From Camelus ferus (lineage: Eukaryota), in NCBI RefSeq assembly GCF_009834535.1, contig NC_045696.1, positions 117,182,001-117,246,000 on the forward strand: 64,000 nt of DNA, given 5' to 3'. Under the pieces are notes generated by a model. That model did not search any database. It saw only the letters and a program-made list of their open reading frames with translations, and was not told the origin of the DNA. The position numbers and the translations under genes were made by a program. Positions 11,245 through 23,760 of the stretch are shown here, one piece after another (positions within the stretch are counted from its first letter, which is position 1; the number at the start of each line of letters is the position of its first letter).

Positions 11245-13573
11245 ATTCTACTCATGCACTCACTTTCCGAATTGACACACAAGCAGCCCAGAACTTATCA
11301 GATAATACACACATTTAGAAATGCCGTCTGCACGTGTCTAAGTTCCTACAGCCCATTCTGCCTAGCTAAAACAACATCTTTTTTTTTTCCCGAAAATCTG
11401 TTTCCTTCTTACATAGTCCAAATGTTAGAATGTGGTTTGAATTCTTTTTTGAACATTAATTTAAACAGTATGGGAATAGATCAGCCCTTATACGTCTAAA
11501 TAAAACTTCCTTTGACATATATAATATGGTGTGTTTATTTGGAGGCTAATGGAGTTGGAAAGAAAAAGTGGGAAAGAGTTAAATACAGAAAAGAGTAAGC
11601 TTCCTGGAAGTTTTTTTTTTTTTTTTATCATAATTTAATTACTGCTTGCTTTTGTGCTATCCAACCTTTTTAGCAGAAATTTACAACAAAGCTTTCAACT
11701 GGTTTTCAGACCAGTGTCCCAAATGTTCCGATATTTTGACCTGAACAGAAAAATGCAAATAACACAGTGCCACTTAGTGGAAAGGGGGAAAAAATCATTG
11801 TGGATGAGGAAGAAAGTCAACAGGCATCCAAATCACTGTCTGGAATTATAAATACAAGTCATGTTTGACATTCAGATGCTACGCCTTTTGATGGCTTTCA
11901 ATCACGTTAAACTTCTGCCACAATAAGAAGTAAATTGTGTCACATGTCATCACCACAAACATTTCCAAAGAGAGCATGGAGGAATCCATTCCGCACTGAC
12001 AGTACAGAAACATTATGAAATCTATTTGCTCAAGGAGAGAAATTTTAGTGACTTCTTAAGGTGAGACAGTCCCATAAGCTGATAGAATCGCATAATTTTG
12101 TTGGTGGTGGTGTGAATTATAATCAGACGCTGCTCCTAGTGGGCTCTCCGGAGCAACTTTCTTCTCTGCATTAATGTGGAAGTCATATTCTTAGAAAAAC
12201 TGGTGGTGATCATCCACTTCCCAAGACTTTTAAGGACCTTGAGAAAACCAGTACTGGGGCAGGACCACCTCTCTCCAGCTTCTGGTGAGTCAGGGGCCAG
12301 GGCCACTGATTCAGTTTGCAAGTTGAATGTTTTGTTTCCACTAGCAATTAAAGTCACTCACTAATGCGAAGCTTTTTGTAGCTATTGCATTGTTCTTGGG
12401 GATGAATTTTATAATACCTTTAGGTGACTTTCTGTGCACAATTAAATGTGGTGATCAGCCATCAAGCTATCTTTTTATTACTCTAATATTTTGCAAAATT
12501 CACAGCATGCATGGACCAAAGCACTGCCTCTGTTTGTGTATATATAACTTGACATACCCAGTAAAGAGCATCACGGCGCTCTTCCCCCTCCCACTCCCTC
12601 CTGTTCTCTGTTGGAGTCAGAGCTTATTTCTCTAGTTCTGAAGTGCTCTGAAAGTCTGCTTCCTCCCACCACTTCTCAGTTTCCCAGCACTCATAAAATG
12701 CTACCTTTGGGTCCTAGATTTGTTTTGACATTCTACCCCCCAGCACTTGTGCTTTAACCCTCACCTAAGTAACTCAGAGCAGGGTATGTTCAAAAGTCTA
12801 TGCCTTCCTTGGGGTCAAGTTGTGATCTTTCCAGGATTAGGGGTCCCAGATGCAAATGACACCACTGACGGGGGCGGTTACAAAAAATTTGAGCCATCCC
12901 AGACAGCACTTGGGGAGTCAGCAAGGGATTAAAGATGAACAGCATTCACAGCTCTTAATCAGAAGCTCTTTCTACAAGAAAAAAAGAGAAATTAAAAAAA
13001 AATGTTCCTACATTACCTACAGTGTTGTTAATGTAACTTTCTATTTACATAATATGCAAAAAGGGCTGTCTGCAAACTGCAGTAATCTATATGGAATGAG
13101 GACAAAAGATACTGATTTCTCTAAAATGTTCTTGTTAAGGAATAATCAAGAAGTTAGAACCTCTAATCTTGCAGTCAAAGCAGAAGTTTGGGGGATTTTT
13201 TTCCTCTTTTTTTCGTTTTGCTCATGTATATATATTCACATGCACAGACGTGTACAGACAGATTTACAGATATCAAATATGTCGTCTTTAACATTCAGGA
13301 ACTAAATTAAACTGCAAAGAAAAAGTTAAAGTTCCCAGTAAAGGAAACATTTATTCACTTTTGATTTAGCCTTAAGCACTTCCAGCAAGTTTGCTCTGAT
13401 GTCTTAGGAAGAGTCAAGTGTGTGTGTGTTTGTGTGTTCCTACATGTGTAAGAGGGAGAGAAGCTGAGGGGGCAGATGTGAAGAAGGGGACTGGAGGGGA
13501 GAGTAGGAGAGGAAGAGAGGGAGAAAGGGAAGCAGGAAGGGAGGAAAAAAAGATAACCTAGACTAGAGTCAAC

Positions 13574-13775
13574 TGGAATGGAATGGAATGGGATAGGATG
13601 GAATGAGATGAAATGGAATGAAGTGAGATGTGGTGGGATGGGATGGGATGGGAATGGGATAGGATGGAATTGGATGGGATGGAATGGAATGGGATGGAAT
13701 TAGATGGGATGGAGTGGAGTGGAATGGGATGGGATGAGATGGAATGGAATAGGATGGGATAGGATGGAGTGGAAT
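13574..13775. repeat. Degenerate pentamer array (GGAAT/GGGAT)n, about 40 units
   Basis: Directly visible; flanked by GA-rich low-complexity sequence (13450-13550, 13776-13855). Confidence 0.95.
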
Positions 13776-14494
13776 AGAGCAGAGGGAGAGAGGGAGGGAA
13801 AGTAAAGAGAAATGAGGTGAGATGGAGGCACAGAAGGAAGGAAGGAGGGAGGAAAACCTTTCTAGACGAACATTCTACTCTGGATCCCTGAACTTTCCAG
13901 TAAATCAGTGTGAACTATACTTTGCACTGAGTTAAAACACAGTCAATCAAAGGAAGCTTTTGGAGAAGGAAATTCCAAAAGCAATGCTCCCTACGAAAGT
14001 GTCCAGTTGCCTGTTGATCCTGTCTTCCATGGACACCATGCAGAGAAACCCTGTCTAGGGAAACACGACACCAAACTAGCAAACCAGGACAACTAGATGA
14101 AAATCCAACACCTGGAACTGCATTTGCAAACAGCCAGCTAGTACACACTCTCCCCGGGGCTACTCTGTAAACTGCTGCATTCTATACCAGCATGAACTTC
14201 CCAGAGCAGGGATGGCAGAATTCAGTGAGCTGACAGTCTTGAAAGGCCACTGAATATTTTACTGATCTCTGTATCCTTAGAGTCCAAAAGTATGCTAAAT
14301 TCATGTGTGAAAATGTAAATCATCAAAAAGTTTCAGACTGACACGCATATTTTAGGACTAGATTTGCTTTTAGATCTTCACTTGGAGTTCTTTGGATATA
14401 CCAACTTACCTACCTGTCGATCAATTTCACTCTGAAATGCATTGTGACTTTAAAAATGTCAGCATTAGTCCGACATTATCTTTCAGGTTTTCCA

Positions 14495-14700
14495 TAGTGG
14501 AATGACAGGGGCATGGGTTTTTATGGTTTTACAGATTTCCTGGTTTGAATACTAGATTTAGTCTGCACTAGCTCTGTGTCCTTCTTCGAGTATCAAATTA
14601 CTCTGTACCTCCCTTTCTTGCTCTGTAAAATAAGAATCATCATACAGATAATACATACTTCAAAAAGCCTTCAGGGGGGCCAAACGGGATCATCTCTGTG
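14495..14700 (+). mobile_element. MIR SINE
   Basis: CCTGGTTTGAAT...ACTAGCTCTGTGTCCTT...CTCTGTACCTC...CTGTAAAATAAGAATCAT. Confidence 0.65.
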
Positions 14701-15064
14701 AAAAAATTTTCTCAATCGTGAAGCATTTCCATGGGGCCATTTTGAGATTTCTTTTAGTATGAGGTTGGTAACTTGTCACAATATCTCTGAAAAAGATCCA
14801 TTTCAAAACTATTTGTACCATACTTGGTGATCTAAAGTGCTAGTGTCTCAGTCAAGCTCTTGGAAAGACACTAGAGAAAATACAAATCTCCTTCCAGAAT
14901 AAGATGGGGTCTTTCCTGCAGAATCCCTGTGGGAACCAGTGTGGTGGTGGAGTGTCCTTTCAAGTTTTGCAATGAAAAGTCTTATCTACTACTAACTAGT
15001 TGGGTTTCTAAAGCTTAGTGCTTCTCGTGGACAACATTGCAGGGCTTTAAAATGAGTGCTTCTC

Positions 15065-15280
15065 TCCACAGGTACGATTCTTAGCACTTTATATGCATAT
15101 TTCATTTAATCTTGCTGAAAATACTACAAGAGAGGTTGTAGACTATCACCAACCCCATTTTACAGATAAGGAAACTGAGGCTTAAAAAGCTTATTTGTCC
15201 AAGATCACACAATTGGTGTCAAGGGAGGCCATAGTTAGCAACAGCTCAGACTCTAGAGCCCATGTTTTTATCCACATATC
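15065..15280 (-). mobile_element. MIR SINE
   Basis: TTTCATTTAATC...CCCCATTTTACAGATAAGGAAACTGAGGCTT...GTCCAAGATCACAC. Confidence 0.85.
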
Positions 15281-16489
15281 ACAACTCTTAGTTCATCTTC
15301 TCTTTTTTCCCCTCTAGATCCTATCAAAAGTTTTGCCCGGAAAGAAATGCTTTTGGAAAATAGAATACAAAAGAGAAATAATATTTTATGTAAATAAAGC
15401 AACTTGAAGAATGTGTATAATATTATATTTTAAAAATAAATGTTTTATGTAGATATATGTTTAAGAAAGCAGGGAGAGAGAAGCAGAAAAAAATTGAAGA
15501 TTAGCTGAAGGAATGGATACACCTCAAACATCAATGGTGATATGAGTGGGTACCAGTAGGAATGAAGTTTAAATTTTTATTATTTCTTATTTTTTAAATA
15601 AAGCTTGTACTATTCTGCTTTAAAAGGAAGAAAATTAGAAGTGGATGTTACGCCACATTCAGTATGCTACACCACACTCCTAACATTTTTCTAAATTCTG
15701 TATGTGAATGAATTTAAACAAAGGGACAGCCTTATTTGGACATCCGACTGCTTGGTCTCTGTTTCTCCACGCTGATGTAATGTTAAGTCAGGATGCTATT
15801 TATCATGTCATTCTTTAACCTGCGTTGGGTTCCAGGCATTTATTAGAACTTAGTGTCAGGAAAAAAAAACTGTCACCCCTAAATAATTAATAAGTCTTCT
15901 TCTTTCTAATAATACAGGAGACAGACCAATCACCAGGCTTTCTTTATGCACATATGCTAGACAGCTCATCCAGATTTGCTCCTTTATTAGAACTGTATTG
16001 ACCTTAATGCACAATTTAATCATTTCTCTCATCTCCCCTTGGGTCTGGTTTCCTTTTCCTTTGATTTTCTTACTCTTACTGGATGTATATTATTTAAGTT
16101 TCTTCAAATCATGTTTTGAAAAGAGGCACTCCATAAAATACTTAGTAGTAAAATTTAAAAGTTAGTTATGCATTTAGGAGGTGGGGCAATGGTACTGTGG
16201 GGAAAAAAAGACTTCAGATATAAATTTTATTTCTAGAAAAAAATAGCTTAACAAAGCCAAGTTCTCTTACTCTTTGAATATGAAGAAATGAAAAAATACA
16301 AATAATTGGGAAAATATGTCCAACCATGAGAAACTTGGTAAGGTAACCAACACAGAATCATAGAGGTTCTATATTTGCATGAGTTAGTCAGCTGGTTTAG
16401 TTGGATGGTTCAGTAACTCAATTACATTTTTGAAATTCAACAACTATAGAAATGATGACTGGAAAATAGTCTAGTCATGGATTAGAATT

Positions 16490-17000
16490 AATGGCCAGGT
16501 TCTGGGAGAGGTTTAAGACAGGAATGCTAGGATTACACAGATGAAGTAATGAGGACATTTGTCAGAGAGGGATTGAGCAAGATTTCTCAAGATGGACTGG
16601 GAGGAAATGAGAGCTTGAACAATTTTAAAGAGATGAGGCTTTGAAGAAGATGAAGATGTGATCTGTTTTAAGAGAGGCAAAGAAAATAATACAGAAGACA
16701 GAGACAAAAACAAACAAACAAACAAAACTCTGGCATGTATGTAGTTAGTTATGGGGGAAAAGCAAAGAAGTTTTTTGAGATATGTAGACTACTGGGTCAA
16801 GATTTGGCAAGTTACTGGATTCTGAGAAGTTATCCTAACTTTCTTGTTTGGGTTAGGGGATCATGGAAGATTTCCATCATCTGATCTGAGACAGGAACAG
16901 AAAAAGTCATACTGAAGGGGAGCCCATAGTGTCATCTAAATATGAGGTCACTTGAGAGCATAACATTGAAAATGATATTGACCAGGGTACAAGTGGATTG
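16490..17000 (-). mobile_element. Degenerate L2 fragment
   Basis: Purine-rich antisense L2-like pattern; highly diverged. Confidence 0.4.
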
Positions 17001-17059
17001 GGAGGACTTCTTCACATCCCTACCTCTGCCTTTCTAACCACACACCACAAATCTGCCAT

Positions 17060-17580
17060 TCTATAAGGGTAAGACCCAAGAGCTACAAGGTGCTAACAGC
17101 AGATATTTTTTGTGTCCTGTGTCATGTTCTCTCAGTCCAGCTCTTAATCCATGCAGCCATGGCAGGCTATTGTGTGCACGTTGAAGACATCCCAGTTCCA
17201 TGTGCCAACTCAGCACCTTTCTGCTTTTTCTGTCCTGGGCTTTACCTGAAGCCAAGAAAGGATACTCAGAAGGCACACAGATGCTCCCTGGAAGTGAGGG
17301 GAGGTGACATCCCTAGGAATAGTGGGTGTTAGTGGACGTTGTCTTCTGGTCCTTAGACAGACAATTCTGAGGAGCTTTCTAATTTCCAATTCCCCAGCTG
17401 GATTTAGCGCCAATTGCTCACAGCAAATCCAGCTCAGTACTGTCCAGTCTTATTACTAGTTCTCATTTTACTCTCCCTGTTCCATCATCCTTGCTTCCTG
17501 GGACCATTTCCCAAATAAATGACTTATATCCAACTCTTTGTGTTGCCTCTGCTTTCAAAGGAACCCAAACCAAAATAGAG
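17060..17580 (+). mobile_element. LTR16-family ERVL LTR
   Basis: 3' end GCTTCCTGGGACCATTTCCCAAATAAA...CTCTGCTTTC...GAACCCAAAC resembles LTR16 termini. Confidence 0.6.
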
Positions 17581-20500
17581 CACAAGATGATTCTTTGGAT
17601 TCTCTTTCCTGCTACTTACTTATGGCCCTGACTTATTTTGGCTCTAATTTCTTCCTAGCACTTGACCATTTGGCTGAGTGTTCTTAATATTGACCATTGA
17701 CCCAAGCAACGACTAGTCTGAACTTTTCCCTCATTCCTTCTTCCTAGCAATTGAGCCTCAGTTCCCTCTTCCAAGCTCTACATTAATTCATCCCTCTGCC
17801 TCTGTGTTTCTCAGGAGTGGATCCTGTTTTAGTTCTGAAAACCCCCAGAGCTACCTCCAGTTGTTAGAGAAGATCTGAACAAGAATTCTGACCTTAAGGA
17901 AGGTCGATTCAATCCTTAATAACAGTAATAATCTTCCGCCACCCAACCAAAATAGCAACTCAAATACTTTCAATTATTGGCAGTTGCCTTTAAAACTTTC
18001 ATTGATTCTAACCAATGACAATAGCTAACAATTGCTTTAGTCAGAGATGTTAATGCTTAAAGTTGGAAGTGACAGGTAGAGTCTAACTCTCAGAATATCA
18101 TAATAGTGGGCATAGTTTTCTTTTTACTGGGGGACACAATTTTGGGATATACCCCTAAATAACTACATTCCAAAGGAAGACCTTTCATAGATATAGTACA
18201 TCTATAAAATGGGGCAAAACCTAAGGCACAGATATCGAGGCAAGACAATTTTCACATTCACTAATTGGTTTCTTGTTTATATTTCTGTTGTCAACTCCAA
18301 TAACATATTTATTTGAACCAAATTGCCCCTCTTTCATTAGACTCACAAGTAACTATCAATTATCAATAAGATGTTTGAATCTCTAAGGTAAAATAAAATC
18401 ATTATAATGATAGCTAGTGAGTTAGGATAATATTTTTGTGTAGCAGTCAATATTGTCTCCCAAAATAGCTTCTAAAGCATTGACCCACATTGTCCTCAGG
18501 GCATGGTGGCCGCTGCGAAAATGAAAAAAAGAAACTGACAACATTAAGCTCATGAGCTTCAAAAAAGGATGTTGTAATTCCCAGGGAAGCAGGTAACAGC
18601 TTTGAGAAAATCAACACTTTTGAGTATTAAAGAGCCTGTATCTTCTGAGTGTCATATTCTAAGACCCTGACCCAAAGGAGAGTAACAAAATGACCTGTGA
18701 TCAGTTAGGGTAAGTTACTGCCACTAGCCCTAACTAGAGAGGAGTCACGTGAGCTGGCCAGAGAAGAAGGAAAGTCAGAAATGAAGCACAAATGGGGTAC
18801 ATGCTTGGAGGCTCTCGGAAAAAAGGGGCACAGTATTCATTCTCATTCTTAGTCTCAGATGACAACACAGCAGGCTGGTCATCCTTGAGTACACATTTGC
18901 AGATACCCAGGAGAACAGACTCTGAACACTGGCGTGAGACTCCCCCCAGTGCCGTGACACCTCACGGGCCCCTGGAATTCAGCTGTCAACCAAGGAGGAT
19001 GAGAACGAGAGGAGAAACATGTATAATTGGGTGGCTTCAAACCTAAGTGGACTGACTCACTGTTTTTCAGTTTGGGGAGATTTCACTTAAAAGTTCCTAT
19101 TTCCAGCTCACCTTATAGAATCAGAAGGTTTGGCAACACCAAGGGCTCCTTCTGGTCTTGACTTTGCCTTTTGGAACTGGGTGCTATCTGCCCTGATAAG
19201 CTTAGTTGGCCAGTGCATCTCAATCTCTACCACTCCTCAGTGTCTGACACTTGGACTACTTCACTCACTTAAATCACTAACCTGGGGTCCACAGGTATCT
19301 AAGTGCCTATCTTTAAGTTTAGAGGGCAAAACAAGGAAAAGGAGTTGCTTGGAATCTATATGCGTATCTGCAGAATAAGAGTTATGATGTATCCAGGTAA
19401 TTTGTCAATATAGTTACCACTTCATGCCCATCCAATTCAGAGGCTGTTTTACCTAAGAAATAAGTCATTGTCTGCCTGCTTTGCTCTTAAGAAGGTTGCC
19501 ACCTGGAGCCCATGGGACTGGGAGACTTGAAACCTTAGCGCCCTATTGGGTATAATAATAATTATGTACTTTAATACACACGCATATATATGTATATATT
19601 TATGTGTGTATAGTGTATGAATTATCTCCCTTAGCACCCAGCAAGTTTGTATCTTCCTGTAGCAAAGATTAGGAAGACCCAATGCTCAAGTTACAGTTAT
19701 GAAAACAAAACTGGTTTCTTCTTAATTTTGTAGATACCAGGTTTGCATACAGCATTAGCCATTTTCCTGTACATTTCCATTAGTAATGTCTTTGCTGATT
19801 AGTTTTTTCTAAATTAGCATGTTTATCCATTAGCATATCAATATTGCTGCCAACCATCCTCTTAATTTTTAGTTTTCTTGTTGCAACAAAAATTTTTTTT
19901 TGCCAATAAAAGCAGGCATTTCTTAAAGCCTTAATTAACTCCAGCACAATTCCTTTTTGCTTCTTTAATAATAGTGTGTAATATTTACTAAGATTATAGA
20001 TTTTGCCTTATTCAAAACCACCACTCACTCGAATAAGCAAAAATCTTCACATTTTCGGGTTGGCATTAACACAGTCTCCTCTTGTCAAGAGAGTTTCCCT
20101 GATATCTGGAATGTTTGGGAAATACCATAAATTTTCAAGATAAGCATCTGTGAAACTTCAAGGAGAAGGATTCCATTAATGTGAGAATGTTTTTAAAGTG
20201 ATTATTGAAATAAAGGGGATTTCAACAATCATGTAAAAGGAAAAAGATGACCGTCCAAACTTGAATTCTCTTGGCAAAGCCTCTTTATCTATATTTTCTC
20301 ACCACAAATAAGCAGAATTCTGGATGACTCATAGCTTTGATGTGTACAATTACATAAATTTGAAGCCATCTCCATAGAAAAAGTAATACTATGTTGAACA
20401 AAGTACACAGGAGGCAAGTTAAAATATACAGTCTGTTAAAGACTCTTGTCTACACTGTTATTCAAGGTAGGTTCTTCCGACTACAGTAATTAACTATCTG

Positions 20501-20699
20501 CAATCTTTTTTTTTTTTTTTTTTCTGCTGAGTCTGAGGAGACTGTTAAAGTTATGCTTACCCAATTCCAAGTGCACTGTCTTATTAAGGTAAGTGCTAGT
20601 AATTATAAATCTTTATGTTTAAGTGTAGGATTTTTTTCACACCTTTCTGGTGATTAGGAAGGAAAAATGAGGAAGGATTTGATGATGCTGATGACTATG

Positions 20700-21200
20700 T
20701 CTCACTTGCTGTGTAAACTGTCACTGGCTTTCTGGAGGATAATTTGGCAAAATCTCTCAAATGAGAATACCCTTTGACCTAAAAGTTCCACTTGTGAGAA
20801 TTGTTCTTAAGGAAATAATTGGAGAAGAAGGCAAAGATGAATGTGCAAAGATGCTTGTAACAGTGGGGAAATGAAAAATAGTCTTGGGTCCCATCAATAG
20901 ATTGGTTAAATAAATTTTGAAAATCCAAATAATGGAATATTAGGAAGCCATAAAAATTGATTGACTTAATCTCTCTTTATATATTAAAGTGAAAAAAATT
21001 AGTATTTAATACTTAAAGTTTAAATACAGTTACAGAGTAATATACAGAATTTGATATAGTGAGATATAGTTACATATGTAAATACACAAGACTGGAAAGA
21101 TATGAACTAAGCCATTAAAATTGTTAATTTCTGGTAGTCAGATTATAAAGACATTTTAACTTTTTTACTTTATTTACTTCTCTATTGTTTAAAGTTGTCA
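20700..21200 (+). mobile_element. Old L1ME-type 3' fragment
   Basis: CTTTCTGGAGGATAATTTGGCAA...ATACCCTTTGACC...TTCCACTT...GATTGGTTAAATAAATT...AATGGAATAT. Confidence 0.75.
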
Positions 21201-21234
21201 ACAGTAGCAAGCCTTGGCCATGAATTATCTATAT

Positions 21235-21332
21235 TACGTATGCATGCATGCATGTATGTATATATGTATGTATATATACAGGGATGCGTGTATGTAGGTA
21301 TCTATGCATGCATGCATGCATGCATGTATGTA
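21235..21332. repeat. (TGCA)n/(TATG)n alternating purine-pyrimidine tract
   Basis: Directly visible. Confidence 0.9.
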
Positions 21333-21339
21333 TTTTGGT

Positions 21340-21715
21340 GATGTGTTGCAACACTCACTCACTCACTTTCCTCTTTGCACCTTAATCCTCCTTTTGAAGG
21401 AGTCCTGCTGTGAGCCTCTGGGCTTAAGGGTGTTGAGGAGGCCGGATCTTTCTTTTTTTAACTCAGAGCTGCAAGGCACATACATGACACTCTTTCTCCA
21501 GGATTTTGATGCTAAAGAGAGTGACTCAAAGGCATGGGAGGAACTAGCTGTAGAGTCATTGTAGGGGCGGGGGTGGCCTGAAACCCAACCATTCCCAGCA
21601 TGACCCCTGCTCTAGGTCCTGCTGCTCAGCTCTTAAAAAATTCCATGAGCTTTTCCTGTGCTTCTAACTAATCTCGCTTTGGTTTTTGAGGGTCATAGTC
21701 TGCTTCTGACTGATA
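21340..21715 (+). mobile_element. Old ERVL/MaLR-type LTR fragment (LTR33/MLT1-like)
   Basis: Ends ...TCTGCTTCTGACTGATA; composition resembles an old LTR; subfamily uncertain. Confidence 0.4.
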
Positions 21716-23574
21716 TGCATGCCTTGCTTTATGAATAAGAGAAAAAAAATGTTTCTATTTATTAAATGAAAGAAATAACATAACACTATTTAGAAACAAA
21801 AACCAAAACACTGAACTAAGAAGCATGAATGGGAAAAAGAAGGAAAACAAATTGTAACCTCAAGTGAGTAAAGTGTGGGGCCACCTGGTAAAATATGATA
21901 TGGACAAAAAACAAGGGTGAGAATAAAGGTCAAAGTGTGTGTGTAACCATGAGCACCTGATTAGCATAATGAGTATGTGTCCAGGGGAAGTTCACCTCTA
22001 TTTTTTGCTTTTCATCAAATAAAACAAGGACTTTAATATTAAGAGTTTAATTCTTAGTGTTCACTGTAGATTTATTGAACTATGAGTCCCTTGGGAGGCC
22101 TGGTTAATTTATTTCATATGAAACAGGTATTTTCTGTATCAGAATGTATTGTATTTTATTCATTTTTGAATTGCTAAACTCTCCAGCCTTGCAACTTTCC
22201 CTTCCTAAGATTGGATAGATTCATGGAGTTACAAATAACAAAAGGATCCCAAACAAAATAATACTAAAATAGTTTATATTATGACTTTCTCTAAGCTGAA
22301 GACATAAGTGTTCCCTTTTTGAATACCTGAATAATTCAAGTAAAGAATTCTTTAAACTTTTCCAGTATTCATATCTAAGAACATAAAATATTTTCACAAT
22401 ACAAGTACATTTACCAAGAGCAAATGTTTAAACAAAAGAACCAGGGTTCTTAATGAAACACCCTCAGGAAAATGTTTAAACTTTGCCCTTAAGTTTACTT
22501 TGTTCACTAATAGGCTTCTATTTCGAGCAGAGAGTAGGAAGGGTAAGTTCAATGTGTTAATAAGAAAAAAGTAATAATATTTAATTAATTCTGGCTGAAC
22601 ACACATGGTTTAATATACTTGGCAATATCATTCCATCACATGATATGATAATTTAATGGAACTTTTTTATTTAAATTGCTGGCAAGTTTATGAAATTATA
22701 AAGCAAATAGGCCATGCACTTGGGTGTAATTGACTGTATAAATGTGTTTTATACTATACTGTTGGCAAATTAGCCAATCCCTGTCACAGAATCAATTATT
22801 ATCTAGCTGAATTCCACAAACACAATAGCAGAAATATTGCATTTATACAAAAAAAAAAAAAAAAAAAAACCCACCACGATTGTTAATCTTACACTGTGCA
22901 TCTTAAAGCAAGGCAATAAACATTTATACACTGGATAATCGTCTTCAGATAATGCCACTGCCAAATGATGCACATTTAAAGATTCCTTGTTGTTGGGAGA
23001 CAGCCGTTGGGTTTTATTTGTGCTTGCCTCTCCGGATCATTGAAGAGGATAATGGAAGCTTCAGCAGTTCAAGTCAAGTAGGGGCTTAGGCATCTGACCT
23101 CCATTCAAGAGCTGCACGCTGCCCAAAGCCAGCAAAACATGGTACATGCCTACCTTGCTCAGGAGGCTTTAGAAATCCTAACAATGCCATGTATTTGAAT
23201 AGAGCTCTTGCCTTCCAAGTGCTCTCATATACACTGTGTCTTGATACCTTTCAGAGTGAATGAATACCTGTGTTATGGATGACCTGAAGAAGAACTGCCT
23301 CAGTCAGTTTCTAGTCTAACTTAACAGGGGCACAGGGTATCTGAAACAGAAGGAGTAAAGGGACAGGCTCCCACATGCTTTCTTTCCTCTTCAGTTGCCT
23401 TAACAATATTCTCAACACAGGCTGCTGTAAACTGCTGGTTGGAAAAACTGTTCAGTGAGCTTCTTGGATTCTGAAATTGTCGAGGTTGCAAGTGGGCTCT
23501 TGAGATTACACTTTCAAAATGGAATCCGAGGAAGCAAAGGAATCTGATGAGGCAGCGCGTGCCTTTTCCTGGCT

Positions 23575-23760
23575 GTTCGTATTTAAGCTTTGTAAGAAGT
23601 GCGTGGGATTTATACTTTTTTTCCCATTTGTCTGATGAGAAAACTGAGACTTTAACAGTGTTAGAGAAATTTATCCAAGATTACACATACAGAGAGCGGC
23701 AGAGTCTGGATGCCCATCCCACATAGGCTGATTCAAATCCTTAGCTCTTTCTACTAAGAT
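23575..23760 (-). mobile_element. MIR SINE
   Basis: CCCATTTGTCTGATGAGAAAACTGAGAC...TTTATCCAAGATTACAC. Confidence 0.75.

Noticed and set aside
11017..11499. Longest ORF (160 aa, E/K/G/R-rich) and its antisense partner
   Set aside because: Open only because it crosses the (GGAA)n tract; no recognisable domain.
13574..13775. Centromeric satellite or human HSATII/III contamination
   Set aside because: Only about 200 bp, mixed GGAAT/GGGAT units, and it grades into local GA-rich sequence; better explained as a microsatellite.
23148..23195. Minus-strand mini-exon MALLGFLKPPEQ|GTAGGC
   Set aside because: Lies in or next to what looks like a degenerate MIR tail, with no promoter features.
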